A DNA stretch of 64,000 bases from Candidatus Hydrogenedentota bacterium (GCA_963745075.1 CAVUWV010000031.1:256001-320000), one strand, 5' to 3'; numbered from the stretch's first letter, positions 1 through 12,361 are shown. Translations and numbers: made by a program. Notes: a model not told the origin generated them from the letters alone.

Positions 1-727
1 CTTCCACATGGGTATCGGTTTCGCTATCCAGGAGGCGCAGGTCCCCCGTCACCGCGGGATCGATTTCGGCCCGCGACAAGACGTGAATGGCGTAACAGTC
101 GGAGCCCGATTGGCGCAACCGGCGCAAGCACCCTTCAAAGCCTTCCGGATCCAGGAAATCGGAGAGTAGTACCGCTACGCCTTTCGCGCGGTTGCGGATC
201 ACATAGGCTCGCGTCGATTGCTCCAGTTGCGTGCCGCCGTCCGCGGACATAGACGACATGAAATCGAGCAGCTTGTGGGCCGACGCTTTGCCGCGGCAGG
301 GGAGCAATCGTTGCGTGCCTGCGCCGGAAAAGGCTTCCGCGGAGACACGGTCGTACCCGACCAATCCGATGTACCCGATAGCCGCGGCGAGCTTGGCGGC
401 AAACTGAATCTTGGGTGGCGCGCCGAATCCCATCGATTTACTCGCGTCAATCAGCAAGTGAACGGTGAGGTCCTCATGTTCCTGAAACAACTTCAAATAC
501 AATGCGCCGAGGCGTCCGTAGATGTTCCAGTCGACGTGCCGGAGATCGTCGCCCTGGACGTAGTCCCGGTAATCGGCGAACTCGACACTGCTGCCCTTGC
601 GCTTGCTTTTGCGTTCCCCTTTTGCGACGCCGAGTTGCACCCGGCGGGCGGAAATGGAGAGCCGCTCCAACTTTCGGATGAAGTCGGGCTCCAGCAAGAG
701 GTCTGACGATGTGTTGTCTGCGGCCAT
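1..727 (-). CDS. DUF58 family protein (3' end runs off the window)
   Basis: Hand translation of the minus strand: MAADNTSSDLLLEPDFIRKLERL...KGSSVEFADYRDYVQGDDLRHVDWNIYGR...LYLKLFQEHED...VAVLLSDFLD. Directly downstream of MoxR. Absent from the ORF track because there is no stop in the window. Confidence 0.9.
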   Translation of the reverse strand, partial: MAADNTSSDLLLEPDFIRKLERLSISARRVQLGVAKGERKSKRKGSSVEFADYRDYVQGDDLRHVDWNIYGRLGALYLKLFQEHEDLTVHLLIDASKSMGFGAPPKIQFAAKLAAAIGYIGLVGYDRVSAEAFSGAGTQRLLPCRGKASAHKLLDFMSSMSADGGTQLEQSTRAYVIRNRAKGVAVLLSDFLDPEGFEGCLRRLRQSGSDCYAIHVLSRAEIDPAVTGDLRLLDSETDTHVE

Positions 728-740
728 CGATATGTCCGTG

Positions 741-1740
<1,000 letters not shown>

Positions 1741-1778
1741 GTCGTATCTCCCTGGAATCGTCTGGTTCGACCACTATC

Positions 1779-4731
1779 TCACGAGGGGTTCTCGTTGTCG
1801 TCCTTCGGCTTCTTGCGACCTCGCTTTTCCAATGCACGCTCCTTCGCCGCCAGGAGTTGCCGCGTATAGTCGATCTGCATCTCCGGTTTGGGCGCGGGTT
1901 CCGCTTCCGGTTCGGGCTCGTGGACGTCCGCAAGCACGCCTTCCGGCACGGCCGTGTCGCCGGGCATGTCCAGTCCCGACGATGAGTACAGCATACCGCG
2001 CGAGGGCCGTGTGGCGGCGCCATAGGCACCCGTCGCACGGACCCTGCGCTCTTTTGGTTTGGGCATGAACCGGTTCACGCCCGGTATACGGCGAAGCAAG
2101 GCGGCGATCCATACGAAGACCACGCTGAAATCCACCACCACGCGGCGCACGAAGATTTCGACCGGAAACGCGCACGCCGCGAACGCCGCCAAGTACGGCC
2201 ATACCGGCGTGATGGTCGGCGTAATCTCCAGATTATGTTGGAACGGGTTGTCGGTGGGTGCCAGCACCTTGCCGCCGCCGGTCGCTGCGAGTCTGGTCGA
2301 GGAGGGCAAGGTTTGTCGTGTTGTGTTCGTATTCCTTGGAGTAGTTCATCGCCAACCCGGTCGGAATCATGCCCTGTGAACCGTCTGGGCGGGTGTACAC
2401 GATGTTGACCATGTACATGCCAGGATTGTCGAGTGGGAAGGTGCCTTCGTAGATGCCGGGTCCCGTCTGGCTCAATGTCAAATCGGCGCGCGTGAAGTCC
2501 GGGGCGGGACCGGTCACGACACCCTCGGGCCGCAGGAAATTGACGAAATGTCCCTGGTCGTCCACAGCGTCAATGCGCACGTACCCTTTGCCATCGCGAA
2601 CGCGGGTTTCGACGGTGAAGTTGGACGGCGCGGTCTCGCGCAAGGTCCAGCGCACGGCTTGCGACCAGAAGCGGTTGAACCCGTCCCACTGGATCCAGTC
2701 CGCCGCCCACCGGTTGGTGACGTCGGACGTAAAGGCAACGGACTTGCCGAGACCGTAGCGCCATTGGGCCAACACGGGATCGTCCTCGTGCGAGACGAGC
2801 GAGACGATGGAATTCTCTTTCGGGGTGGTCGCGACGTAGCCAAGCAGCGGCGGCAAGTCGTCCGGACGGAGCCCGCGCAGGATTTCGCTGTCGTACTGTG
2901 GGCGTGGCGTGAAAGGCTCCTCGATCAGCATGGCACGCTTCACCACGGCGGCTTCTTTAGTGAAAATCTGGGGCAGCTTCGCGGGGTTATTTACGAAGTA
3001 GTAGTTCCCGCCGGTGTTGTACGCAATCCATTTCAGCATATCCTGGTCGTTGCTACGATGCGGGTTGATGCAAACCGTACTCACGGCTATAGACGCTGCG
3101 GCCAACTTTTTGAGCAGTCCCATAGTCGGCGGACCGGGGTCTCCGTCTGAAATGATGATTATACGTTTCACCGATGCGGTGCATTCCGGGGCGGCCAATG
3201 CGTCGTAGGCCATTTGCAGCGTGCCTTCCACACCGGGCATGTCGCCGATCTGGGTCGTGTTAAGGGCCGCCCGCATCATGGTCTTGTCGCCGACGAGTTG
3301 CAGTTCGTACAGCCAGGACTCGCCGGCCTGCCAGTCGTAGGCAAGGGCTCCCATCAAGTCCTGGCTGGACAGTACGTCCAGCGCGGCCAAGGCGATCTTG
3401 CGTGCCCAGGCGTTGCCGTCGGGGAATTCGCAGGTGTGCAGGATTAGAACAAGCGCGCCCTGCGGCATGACCTTCCGTTGTTTCAAATCCATGCTGACGG
3501 GCAGCGCTCGCTCCACGGGCGAATTGAAGTACCCGCCGGGGCCGAAGGAATCCGGGCCGCCGATCATGACCAGCCCCACGCCGAGGTCGCGCACCATGGC
3601 TTCCAACGCGTTGAGCTGATCGGTGGAAAGGTCGGTCGCACTGACATCCGACAGGACGACCGAGTCGTAATTCTGGAGTTGGGCCAAGGTGCCGGGCATG
3701 GAACCGACGTCGGTCCGGACGACGTTGACGCCCTCCTCTTCTAACGCCGGTTGCAGGAAGCGGCTGTGCTCGGGGTCGGCGTCGACGTACAGGACGGTCG
3801 GTTCTCCTTGAATGATCGTGAATGCGCGGCCCTCGTTGTTGGCGGCGATCGTGTCGGAATCCGCTTCAACGATCGCTTCGTATTCGTAAAATCCAGATGT
3901 GCCGAGTTCCTGGGGCATCAGAAACGCGTTATCACCCCTCTGTAGTGTCACCTTTGCCGACTGCAGGAGACGCGCGCCCTCGCGCACGCGTTGATAGAGG
4001 CGCAGCGTAGCATCGGTGTCGTGATCGGATTCCACGACCACCTGCAACTTGAAGGGTTCGTCGGTGTTGACGTGACTGGGGGCCGTGACTTCGCGCACCC
4101 GCACTTCTCCGCTGCCGCCGGTGCGGACGGGAATCACGTCGACGGCCGCACCGCTGGCTCGCGCAAGTTTCGTCTCCTCCAATGACGAGCCGCGCGTCTC
4201 GTTACCGTCGGACAACAGAACGATACGGCGCATGTACCCCTGCGGGAAAGCAGCCAAGGCGAGCCGAATCGCCGCCGCCATATCGGTCTGCTCGCCGCCG
4301 ACAAAGGATTGGACTTGGTTCAATTCCAGGGTCTTGCCGACGGTCAACTCGATGCTGGGTTCCTCGCCAAATGCGATGACTCCCGCTTCGTCCTTTTCGG
4401 TCATAAACGCATCACTCAAGCGCTTGACGGTAGCTTCGGACGCAATGCGCTGTTCCTCGGGGATGCTGTTGGACCGGTCGAGCAGAAAGAAGACAGCCAG
4501 CCGGTCGTTGACCTTGACCAACTCCGCGCCTGCGAGGGCGGCGATCAGACTGAGAAGGATCGCAACGCGGAGTATGATAGCAGTCCATTTCCGGCCGCGG
4601 GCGAGCGAACGGATTTGCATGCCCGCCCAGATGGACCACGGAATCAGAACCAGCAATACCAGGCCCCAGGGATGCGCGAACCGTAAGGATACCACGTTCG
4701 CGAGCCACCCTCCCTGGAGGAAATCGCTCAT
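1779..4731 (-). CDS. Membrane-anchored vWA-domain protein with glutamine-amidotransferase-like domain (one frameshift near 2300)
   Basis: BatA-like N-terminus (FAHPWGLVLL), MIDAS LLDRSNS, T-D and IVLLSDGNET, GATase-like GLVMIGGPDSFGPGGY, second vWA (IIIISDGD), WRYGLGKSVAFTSD. The C-terminal TM part continues in ORF 1779..2309. Confidence 0.85.
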
Positions 4732-5651
4732 GCGAGATCCTCCAAACGAAACCGTTGAATCCGGTCGTTATCCGTATCCGCGACAAAGAAGTATCCGTTG
4801 GGACTAATCGTCACACCACGCGGCGCCGCGAATTCACCGGGGCCTCGACCGGCACGGCCGAACGTGGAAAGGAAGTCGCCGGTGGTGGTGAACCGGGACA
4901 GACGGTTGTTGCCATATTCGCAGATCAGCAACGTCTCGTTTGGACCGACAGCGATATCGTGGGGGAACTTGAGCTGTCCGTCCTCGGTACCCGGTCCGCC
5001 GATGACGCGGATGAAGTCGCCTTCCAAGGTGAAACACTGGACGCGGTGGTTGGCCGTGTCGCATACGAAGACCTTGCCACCGCAGAGCGTGAGAGACATG
5101 GCGCGCGAGAACTCACCGGGCTGGTCCCCATGCTGCCCCCATTGCCGGAGGAAATGACGATCCGCGTCGAACATGTGCATCCGTTCCGCACCTTGGCCGT
5201 ACTCGGAAATAATATAGCCACCGTCGGCGGCCTGCACGATATCAGTGGGGTAGATGAACTGGTCTTCGCCGGTGCCGTATTCGCCCCACTGCTGCAGGAT
5301 TTCACCCTGGGGCGTGTACTCCAAGATGCGGCTGTAATGCGTATCGGGGATCAGCAAATGGCCATCCGATGCAAATGCGATGCCCGTGGGCGTGCCGTTT
5401 TCGTACTCGGGCATAATCCAACCGCGAAGATACTTGCCGTCGTGCGAGAAGATCTGCATGCGCCCGGAGGTGTCAATGACGTAAACTTCGTCGTTCGCGG
5501 CCGCGATGGCACGGGGACGCCGGAACTCGCCGTCCCGCGTGCCGGAATGGCCCCAGGCAATCCAATCGCCGGGACCGGACGATCGGACACCGCACGCCGA
5601 AAGAAAAGACGCACCGGACAGGACCAGGAACTCTCGTCGCGAACACCGCAT
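4728..5651 (-). CDS. NHL-repeat beta-propeller, putative Tat-exported lipoprotein
   Basis: SRREFL twin-arginine motif plus lipobox LSAC. Repeats such as GEFRRPRAIA, DQFIYPTDI, GQLKFPHDIAV, GEFAAPRGVTI..VADTDNDRIQRF. Overlaps the vWA start (ATGA). Confidence 0.85.
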   Translation of the reverse strand: MRCSRREFLVLSGASFLSACGVRSSGPGDWIAWGHSGTRDGEFRRPRAIAAANDEVYVIDTSGRMQIFSHDGKYLRGWIMPEYENGTPTGIAFASDGHLLIPDTHYSRILEYTPQGEILQQWGEYGTGEDQFIYPTDIVQAADGGYIISEYGQGAERMHMFDADRHFLRQWGQHGDQPGEFSRAMSLTLCGGKVFVCDTANHRVQCFTLEGDFIRVIGGPGTEDGQLKFPHDIAVGPNETLLICEYGNNRLSRFTTTGDFLSTFGRAGRGPGEFAAPRGVTISPNGYFFVADTDNDRIQRFRLEDLA

Positions 5652-5706
5652 CCGGACACGCCATTTCGTCGCCCGACCCCTGCGCGATGCTTCCCCCATG
5701 GGCCGC

Positions 5707-7230
5707 CTATTCTCCCGATGCCGGGTCTGTTCTCTGTTCTGTGGCCGACTCCGGCTCGAGCGAACCAAAGTATTGGCGGACGAACTCTCGTGAACCGGGA
5801 GGGATCTCTTCGCGCGTCAGGGCCTCTTCCGCCTGCTGTTTCACTTGAACCAACGCCTGCTCGGAATACTCGACCGTCGAGTCTGCACCTTCCGATGGTG
5901 CTGCGCGCTGCATAATGGAGGCGAGAATCTTGCCTTTGGTCATGTCGCCGGGGAGCATCTTCGGATCGTACGAGGCGTTCACGTCGGGCAGTTCACCAAT
6001 CTGATTCCCCCGGCCCCGGCCGGGACCGCGCAGTCCGTAGGGTCCGACGGCAAATTTACTTCCGCTGCAGGTCCCTTTGCAGATCCCCTGGCATTCGGCA
6101 CAGTACAGTTTCTTTTCGCACTCGGAGCATTTCAGTTGCGCGAGCCGGAGTTTTTCCATTTGCGCCATGAGCGACTTCAAATCATCGAGGGAAAGGTCCA
6201 GCTTTTCGAGCGCCGCCTGAAGCGCGGCTTTGTCATCCATCTTGAGACCGGCCGCGATGTCGGCCAGGGCTTCGCCCAACATCGAGTCTTTGCCACCGAG
6301 CATCTTGGCGAGTTCGTTCAGATCGCTTTCGAGTTGATCCTGGGATTCCTGGCTGAGTTCGCCCGCCTTCAGCTTTTGCATGAGTTCCTGAAGTTTTTCG
6401 CCGGCCTTTCCGAAGTCACCATTCTGAATGTTGTTGGCGACGTCCTTTGCCATCGACAGTTTGGCCGTATCACCGTTGAGTTTCGGTATGGGCGTTTCCG
6501 CCGCCAGTTTCTCCCGTTCCTGTTCCAGGAGCTTAGCCAGATTGGCGAGCCGCGCCACCGCCTGCTTCTCCGTAACTTGGCCGGCTTCCAATCCTTCGGC
6601 GATACGCTCAACGCCTTCGGCGATTCCCTCAAACTTGCCGTCCACCGGCGCGGGCAGTTCGCGCAGCGGTTGGACCGCGGCCAGTAATCGCTCCGCCTCG
6701 ACGCGGACGGCAGTATCCCGGGCTTTGGCTTCGGCCTGGCGTTCGCGGAAATTGAAGAGGTCGAACTCAGGCAGCAGCACGTAACCGAGCAAGAACAAAA
6801 CAAGCGGAATGGCCAGCCACCGGATAGCCCGCGGGGTTGCGAAAGGGAATTCGCGGCGCACATCCAGCCGCGCCAATTGGGTACGGGCGTCGGCGTGCAA
6901 CTCGCGCACCATGGGCGCATCGGAATCCGCCAGTTCCAACGAACTGGTGATGCGTTCCTTGAGCCCCAATCGCCGGTCGGCCTCCAGCGCCGTATTCAGC
7001 AGCGAGGGCCGTTTCCAGGCCGTCCAGATCGTCGCACCTACGACAGCCGCAACGGCGAATGTCGCCGCAACAAGCTCACTACCGCCCAACGCAGGGAACA
7101 GGCGCGTGAGCAGGAGCCAAACGAGGGAGGCGATCGATGCGGCGATCAATGCGTTGACGGTGAAACGGGTCCAGCGCGTGATCAGCAGCCGTCGGCGAAT
7201 GGTATGCAGTGCGGTCACCAAGGGATCCAT
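5707..7230 (-). CDS. Membrane-anchored coiled-coil protein of the MoxR-vWA locus
   Basis: Two N-terminal TMs, ADRRLGLKERITSSLEL motif, third TM, long helical region, Cys cluster, C-terminal EEIPPGSREFVRQYF. Start placed at MDPLV. Confidence 0.75.
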   Translation of the reverse strand: MDPLVTALHTIRRRLLITRWTRFTVNALIAASIASLVWLLLTRLFPALGGSELVAATFAVAAVVGATIWTAWKRPSLLNTALEADRRLGLKERITSSLELADSDAPMVRELHADARTQLARLDVRREFPFATPRAIRWLAIPLVLFLLGYVLLPEFDLFNFRERQAEAKARDTAVRVEAERLLAAVQPLRELPAPVDGKFEGIAEGVERIAEGLEAGQVTEKQAVARLANLAKLLEQEREKLAAETPIPKLNGDTAKLSMAKDVANNIQNGDFGKAGEKLQELMQKLKAGELSQESQDQLESDLNELAKMLGGKDSMLGEALADIAAGLKMDDKAALQAALEKLDLSLDDLKSLMAQMEKLRLAQLKCSECEKKLYCAECQGICKGTCSGSKFAVGPYGLRGPGRGRGNQIGELPDVNASYDPKMLPGDMTKGKILASIMQRAAPSEGADSTVEYSEQALVQVKQQAEEALTREEIPPGSREFVRQYFGSLEPESATEQRTDPASGE

Positions 7231-7409
7231 TTCGGCACCTTCCGGGTAAGTGGAAATTGCGCGCTCGCGGCGGCCTGTATCCGCGTTACCAGTATAGGGT
7301 ACGACTACGGGTTGTGACAACCAAGGCTTTTCAGAACCGGATGACCGAATCCTTGCACAGCGATCATTCAGCCATGCCGGTGGGACCTAAGATCTTGAAA
7401 TGGAGCGGC

Positions 7410-8363
7410 TTATGAGTTTTGTTGGCGATACCATTCCGCGAATTTGGCCAAGCCGTCGCGCATGCTGGTGGTGGGGTTGTATCCTAACATTTCCCGGGCC
7501 TTGCTGATGTCTGCAAAGGTCGCCTTCATGTCGGACGCTGGAAACGGTAACTCTCTGATAATCAGAGGCTTATCAAAGATTTCCGTGAGCAGATCGATGA
7601 GATCTTTCAAGCTGGTGGTATGACTCTCGCCCAGATTAAAGATCTCATACTCGAAAGGCGTGTCCACCGATTTCAGGATGCCATCGAGGATATCGTCGAT
7701 ATACGTGTAATCCCGGCGGGACGACCCGTCGCCGAACATGGGAAGGGGTTTGCCCTCGTGCAAGAGGCGGGTGAACATGTGGATGGCCATCTCCGGGCGT
7801 TGCCGGGGTCCGTACACGGTGAAGAATCGCAGCAGCGTCACTTTGAGTCCGTAAACGTGGTGGCACACGTGAGCCATGAGTTCGTTCATGCGTTTCGTGG
7901 CCGCGTAGGGGCTGACGGGCCGGTCACAGGTCATAGTTTCCCGGAATGGCGTTTCCGTGATGCCGCCGTAAACAGACGAACTGGACGCAAAGACGAGGTG
8001 GGATACGGGGTACGCGCGGCAGGCATCCAGAATGTGCTGCGAGCCGATGATGTTCACGCGATGATAGAGATTCGGATCTTCCAAGGACGGTCGTACCCCC
8101 GCCCGCGCCGCGAGGTGGACGACCACGTCAGGCCGCTCCTTTTCGAAAATCGCGTTCAACGCAGCCTCGTCCGTGATGTCGATTTCGTGCAACGAGAAGA
8201 GATGGCTTTCGGAGGCACCGGCAATATTGCGGCGTTTCACAGCCGGATCGTAGAACGAATCAAAGCAATCGATCCCGATGACCTGGTCGCCACGCGCCAG
8301 CAATGCATCGCACAGATTGGATCCGATGAATCCGGCCGCGCCGGTCACCAACACTTTTTTCAT
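7410..8363 (-). CDS. NAD-dependent epimerase/dehydratase (UDP-glucuronate 4-epimerase-like)
   Basis: VLVTGAAGFIGS, HLAARAGVRPS, ASSSSVYG, YAATK, LRFFTVYGPRQRPEMA, RDYTYIDDI. Confidence 0.92.
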   Translation of the reverse strand: MKKVLVTGAAGFIGSNLCDALLARGDQVIGIDCFDSFYDPAVKRRNIAGASESHLFSLHEIDITDEAALNAIFEKERPDVVVHLAARAGVRPSLEDPNLYHRVNIIGSQHILDACRAYPVSHLVFASSSSVYGGITETPFRETMTCDRPVSPYAATKRMNELMAHVCHHVYGLKVTLLRFFTVYGPRQRPEMAIHMFTRLLHEGKPLPMFGDGSSRRDYTYIDDILDGILKSVDTPFEYEIFNLGESHTTSLKDLIDLLTEIFDKPLIIRELPFPASDMKATFADISKAREMLGYNPTTSMRDGLAKFAEWYRQQNS

Positions 8364-8371
8364 GAAACTTC

Positions 8372-11035
8372 CTAATCCGGTTTCTGTGAGACGAACAGAC
8401 TCACGTAGCCGTCGTTGGTCGGGACGATGATATCGCTCAGCCCGTCCGCGTTCACGTCGGCGGCGATTGGGGCGCCCGCTCCGGCGGTGAGCGTCTTCTG
8501 CCAGACGACGACCGGATGATCGCCCCCATCGCGAACGGCGTAGAGCGTGCCGTGACTCGTCCCGAAGATGAACTCCTGTTGGCCGTCGCCGTCGATGTCG
8601 CAAGTGGCGACGTCGGTGCAAGATGCTTCAACGGGCAGTTCCCAGCGCACGGACCCGTCGGAAACGTTCAGGCATGCAAAGTTTCCGTTCTGACGACCAA
8701 ATCCGATGAGCCAGGTATCGTCGGGTAAACGCATGAACCCTTCTTCCGCACACCGTGCCTCGCCCGCGGGGGGCAATTTGTACCACATGGGCTTGGCGTG
8801 AAGCGACATGGCGGCCTGGAAGTAGTGGCCCGCCACAAGACAGACGATTGGATCTCCCTCCGGTCGATCGAGAATCGCGGGCAGCGTGTACAGACCCTGG
8901 CTGGGCTGATCGAAGATTTGGGGGGGGAACAGCGGACCTAGAAGCGGTTCGCCCGTCGGTCCATCGGCAATGCAGTAATAGTCCGGGTTCGTGAAAACGA
9001 GGTCCTCTTTGCCGTCGCCATTGAAATCGTAGACGGATGCCTGATTCACGCTGGGACCCCAATACCGTTCCAAGTTGGGCGTTTCGCCTTTGTCCCAAAC
9101 CATCTTGCCGGTCTTGCCCACCAACACCGTGCTCCGTACGAGCGGCGTGCCCGCCCAGAGATACAAGTCAGGATTCTTACCACCGGTGAAGCGCCCCGTC
9201 CTTACGTACGCTGCGCGCGTGGTGGCGGGCAGACCGGTCCGATCCGGAGGCGGCAATTCGGTGTGCCAAATCGTTTTCGATTCTCCGGCCAACGATCGTG
9301 CTTCGATGATGGGACAGTGACCGGGGGCAACGTCGGTCTCCACAATCTCATTGACGCCATCGCCATCGAGATCAGCGACCACGGGAACGGAGGTAGATTT
9401 GGACTCGAACTGCGCCTTGAATGCATTCCCATCGAGCGATAGCACGCGGACGGTGGGTTCCTGATACAAGACCACTTCGTAGGCCTCGTCACCGGTTAAA
9501 TCGGCGGCGAGCAGCTTCGGCATCGCGGGGCCAACGATGGCCGGTATATTGTGGAATTCCGGCCGTTCGGGCGGGGGTGGCGGAGTCCACGGGGCGAGCG
9601 TAACGCCGCCGTCCTTGCTGTAGGCGAGAGCATAGGTTGTGCCGTCTTTGGTCACGCGCGGTGTGCCGTCCCCGGCAAGGCTGATGGCCGTAGCATCCGC
9701 GTCTTCCCACAGCGTCTTCACGCCGTCGGCACAGGAGATAAGCCGGGCGCCTTCGAGTGCGGCTTGGGTCGGATCTTTGCACACGTTCGCGAGGATATCC
9801 CACGCGCCGTCGCCGTTGACATCCGCCGTCGCCACCGCGACGACATCGGGAATTCTGTACTTCATCTTACCGGTCACCGCGTCGTAGATGCGGGTGAGCC
9901 AGGCGTTGTCGTTTTCCGAGTTGTACATGGACACGACGATTTCCAATCCGCCGTCACCGTCCACGTCCACATCGGGTGGTTCCGCCCAGGTTGTCACCAC
10001 CTTGCCGGTGGTGACGCTTTCCGGCCAGCCGTAGCTCCAGGCCTTTTCCATGGTCCCGTTCTTATTCAGCAGTACCTCGTGGTGTTGCGAAAAATTGGCG
10101 ATGCAGAGAAAGTCTTCGCGGCCGTCGTGGTTGAGGTCGACGAACTTGACGAGCCCGTAGCTGCGAACATTGCCAGGCGACACGTCCCACTTGACGAACT
10201 GTTTCAGTTTTCCGGTAACGGCATCGAGAAACCACATGCGGCTGTGGGTTTCGACCACCAGTTCCTTCACACCGTCGCCGTCGAGATCGGTTCGAAGCAG
10301 ACTGGGAAAGCAGGTATATTCGCTGAAGTCGTAGCGCCACTGTTGTTGCGGGACGCGCGACGTGCCATCAAAGGCGAAGAGCGCGATGTACCCGTTGTCG
10401 TTATCCGGAGGATAGCCGTGCATAATGACGACGATCTGCTTGTCGGATCGGTCGGGAAGGTAGTGGTCCGTATACAGATACCACGCGTAGGACATGGGAT
10501 CGACGTCGTACCGCCAGATCAGGCTCCCGTCGTCGAGGGAGACCAGCGCGGCGGCACCATAGGGCTCGGCGGGCCGTCCCGCCTGGAGCAGAATCTCGAC
10601 GCTCCCGTCTCCGTTCAAATCTTCCGTGGCCGTGATCGCGCTGTAATTCAGCCCCGGGGGATGCGACTCCCACCGCAAGGCGCCGGATTGGTCAAAGCAC
10701 AACAGACGCCCCGAAACAAGCGATAGGCCGAGAATGGTGCCGTCGGCACGCGTGACCGGGGCCACACTGGGCTGGCTTCGGCCCAAATCGAACCGCGCGA
10801 ACGCCTCCGGGGCGAACGTCATCGCGCCGGGAAGGGGCTGGATGCCGGTGAGGTGCGGGTTTTGTCGCAGCTCCGGCCAGTCGCCGGGTGCGGCAAACAC
10901 CGCGCCGGTCACCATAAAGGCAACCACACACACAACGGCCACGCTTCGGAATCCCACGGTGACGGTTTGTGACAATCGTATCATGATCGAATGAATCCCG
11001 ATGGGTTTGAAGGTGAATGCGTGTATCCTACGCAT
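8372..11035 (-). CDS. Secreted FG-GAP/VCBS repeat beta-propeller protein
   Basis: Signal-like N-terminus and many DxxGDGxxE/D motifs (DLNGDGSVEI, DLDGDGVKEL, DVDGDGGLEI, DFNGDGKEDL, DIDGDGQQEF). Start uncertain. Confidence 0.8.
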   Translation of the reverse strand: MRRIHAFTFKPIGIHSIMIRLSQTVTVGFRSVAVVCVVAFMVTGAVFAAPGDWPELRQNPHLTGIQPLPGAMTFAPEAFARFDLGRSQPSVAPVTRADGTILGLSLVSGRLLCFDQSGALRWESHPPGLNYSAITATEDLNGDGSVEILLQAGRPAEPYGAAALVSLDDGSLIWRYDVDPMSYAWYLYTDHYLPDRSDKQIVVIMHGYPPDNDNGYIALFAFDGTSRVPQQQWRYDFSEYTCFPSLLRTDLDGDGVKELVVETHSRMWFLDAVTGKLKQFVKWDVSPGNVRSYGLVKFVDLNHDGREDFLCIANFSQHHEVLLNKNGTMEKAWSYGWPESVTTGKVVTTWAEPPDVDVDGDGGLEIVVSMYNSENDNAWLTRIYDAVTGKMKYRIPDVVAVATADVNGDGAWDILANVCKDPTQAALEGARLISCADGVKTLWEDADATAISLAGDGTPRVTKDGTTYALAYSKDGGVTLAPWTPPPPPERPEFHNIPAIVGPAMPKLLAADLTGDEAYEVVLYQEPTVRVLSLDGNAFKAQFESKSTSVPVVADLDGDGVNEIVETDVAPGHCPIIEARSLAGESKTIWHTELPPPDRTGLPATTRAAYVRTGRFTGGKNPDLYLWAGTPLVRSTVLVGKTGKMVWDKGETPNLERYWGPSVNQASVYDFNGDGKEDLVFTNPDYYCIADGPTGEPLLGPLFPPQIFDQPSQGLYTLPAILDRPEGDPIVCLVAGHYFQAAMSLHAKPMWYKLPPAGEARCAEEGFMRLPDDTWLIGFGRQNGNFACLNVSDGSVRWELPVEASCTDVATCDIDGDGQQEFIFGTSHGTLYAVRDGGDHPVVVWQKTLTAGAGAPIAADVNADGLSDIIVPTNDGYVSLFVSQKPD

Positions 11036-11187
11036 TGGGCGCCGTCCATTGCCAGTTTGGCCGGGAGCGTTGGACCGTTCCAGCACCGGCGAGACAGGTC
11101 GCTACGGAGAAGAGTTGCACCGTGCGGTCGATGCAGATTAGGCTCAGACCGTATCTCTTTAAGGAATTAACCTATCACGGATATCCC

Positions 11188-11838
11188 ATGAAACGCTTCA
11201 TCTTGCCAATCGTAATCGTCGTCCTGTTGATTTTGACGCTGGTGTCGTTGACGGCCAATATCCACCTTGCGCAGTCGAAAACCACTACCGGCACTCAGTT
11301 TAGTCGCAGCAGTTCGAGTCAATCGGGTGTTGACCACACGATCGACGTGAACCGGGTCTTTCTCCACGTGGAGAACCGGGTCGGGATCGGGAGTGCTTTG
11401 GGCTGGGCAATCTGCGAGGATCTGGAGCAGCAGGGTGGTTTTGACGTCGTGTTGCTCAACAACGATCCCGGTGCCGACGACTATCCCCTGCTCCTGGTGG
11501 GAATTCGAAACAAGAAATCGTTCTGGACACCGTTCTACGCACACGCCTCGTTGCAGATCGTGGCGAAATATGCGTCATACACAACCGATATTTCATTGGA
11601 CGAAAGTCCTCCGATAAACTTCGATGGCAGCGAGGAGCAGGGAAATTTACCCATTCGCATGACCATGACGGTGGACGTAACGAATACGACCACCGGTCTC
11701 GTCACACTGCCGGCTCATCGACGCATGCTGGTGCAGGGACCCGCCTCTGAGATTACGCAGTATGTGCGAAAAGGAATCGACGAAGCCCTCGAAAAATCGC
11801 GCGGGGCCGCGGCCGCCAATCAGAACAAGCCTCAGTAA
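11188..11838 (+). CDS. Hypothetical exported protein
   Basis: Hydrophobic N-terminus MKRFILPIVIVVLL, AAGGA upstream, co-oriented with the next gene. Confidence 0.6.
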   Translation: MKRFILPIVIVVLLILTLVSLTANIHLAQSKTTTGTQFSRSSSSQSGVDHTIDVNRVFLHVENRVGIGSALGWAICEDLEQQGGFDVVLLNNDPGADDYPLLLVGIRNKKSFWTPFYAHASLQIVAKYASYTTDISLDESPPINFDGSEEQGNLPIRMTMTVDVTNTTTGLVTLPAHRRMLVQGPASEITQYVRKGIDEALEKSRGAAAANQNKPQ

Positions 11839-11857
11839 GGGAAAGGATGCTGTCACC

Positions 11858-12238
11858 ATGAGCAAGACCATCGCCATCATTGGCGCATCGACCGATCGCA
11901 AGAAGTACGGCAACAAGGCTGTCCGGGCGTTTCGTGACGGGGGATGGACGGTCTACCCGATCAGTGCGAACGCCGACGAGGTGGAGGGGATTAAAGCGTA
12001 CAAGTCCATCACCGATGTGCCCACGCCAATCGACCGGGTCTCCATGTATGTGCCGGCGACGGTCGGGAAAACGCTGCTGGACGACATCCAAGCAAAGAAT
12101 CCCAGCGAGTTGTTCTTCAATCCGGGTTCGGAAGACGCGGAAATCCTGGAGGAAGCCAAGGCGCGCGGTCTGAACGCCATCAACGCGTGCAGCATCGTGA
12201 ATATCGGGTTGCGTCCGGAAATGTATCCCGACGAGTGA
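11858..12238 (+). CDS. CoA-binding protein (YccU-like)
   Basis: IAIIGASTDRKKYGNKAV, YPI, FFNPGSE, ACSIV. AAGGA RBS. Confidence 0.9.
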   Translation: MSKTIAIIGASTDRKKYGNKAVRAFRDGGWTVYPISANADEVEGIKAYKSITDVPTPIDRVSMYVPATVGKTLLDDIQAKNPSELFFNPGSEDAEILEEAKARGLNAINACSIVNIGLRPEMYPDE

Positions 12239-12249
12239 AGGGGATAGAA

Positions 12250-12361
12250 AGGGGCACGGGCGTCTCGCCCGTGGGCCTTGTTCGCGTGTTACGGGTGACG
12301 GCGGCTCGCGCGAGCCCTTGGATCGGATCCGAGATTTCACGGGCGAGACGCCCGTGCCCCT
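12250..12361. repeat. REPIN-like pair of inverted 24-bp palindromic repeats
   Basis: AGGGGCACGGGCGTCTCGCCCGTG (12250-12273) and its exact reverse complement (12338-12361), between convergent genes. Confidence 0.85.
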
